DNA from: Anaeromyxobacter sp.
GTDB taxonomy: Bacteria > Myxococcota > Myxococcia > Myxococcales > Anaeromyxobacteraceae
NCBI GenBank assembly: GCA_049840735.1
Contig: JASGJN010000017.1
Location: 160,001 to 224,000 of the forward strand
Reading direction: 5' to 3'
Length of the DNA: 64,000 nt
The translations under genes and the position numbers were made by a program. Shown one piece after another: positions 63,888 to 64,000 of this stretch. The notes under the pieces were generated by a model that saw nothing but the letters and a program-made list of their open reading frames with translations, was not told where the DNA came from and did not search any database. Every line of letters begins with the position of its first letter. Position 1 is the first letter of the stretch.

Positions 63888-64000
63888 CCGGCACCTCCGT
63901 CAGTTCCCTGATAACCGTGGCACGGAGGGACCGCCCTTCCAACGGACGGCCAGGCGGGCGCCTGGGGGGCACCCCGGGGGCCGGGAATTCCACCCAGCCC

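Noticed and set aside
60706..63993. 1095-aa PrkA-protease fusion
   Set aside because: PrkA is in a different frame with its own stop at 61623; the protease has its own signal peptide from ~61557.

Overview
A very GC-rich chromosomal window that looks myxobacterial (Anaeromyxobacter-like, inferred from gene content and protein style). Its core is the conserved tRNA(Thr-Tyr-Gly-Thr)-tuf-rpmG-tRNA(Trp)-secE-nusG-rplKAJL-rpoBC block on the minus strand. Other recognisable genes are dnaK, rlmB, a RimK-family ligase, PIN-PhoH, ftsB, RNase D, psuG, RegB/RegA, a TetR-EmrBA efflux unit, a Fur-boxed feoB operon, two GGDEF proteins, a sigma54 activator with an atypical kinase, and PrkA. Many genes, including the essential rpoB, rpoC and dnaK, carry small apparent frameshifts, best explained as sequencing or assembly indels. 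The most notable observations are: (1) a C-terminal UGA selenoprotein (UXX-star glutaredoxin-like) with a SECIS-like hairpin, missed by the ORF track; (2) a 7-copy ~100-bp nested-hairpin repeat array whose family also occurs as dispersed and nested copies; (3) an isolated FliH/FliI/FliJ (SctL/N/O) ATPase module; (4) a perfect 71-bp duplication of the phoH 3' end around a 152-bp palindromic insert; (5) an extended Feo operon with two uncharacterised His-containing membrane proteins; (6) a ~350-nt hairpin-dense intergenic region. No CRISPR array, integrase or transposase was seen. All calls come from reading the sequence only; no searches were run.
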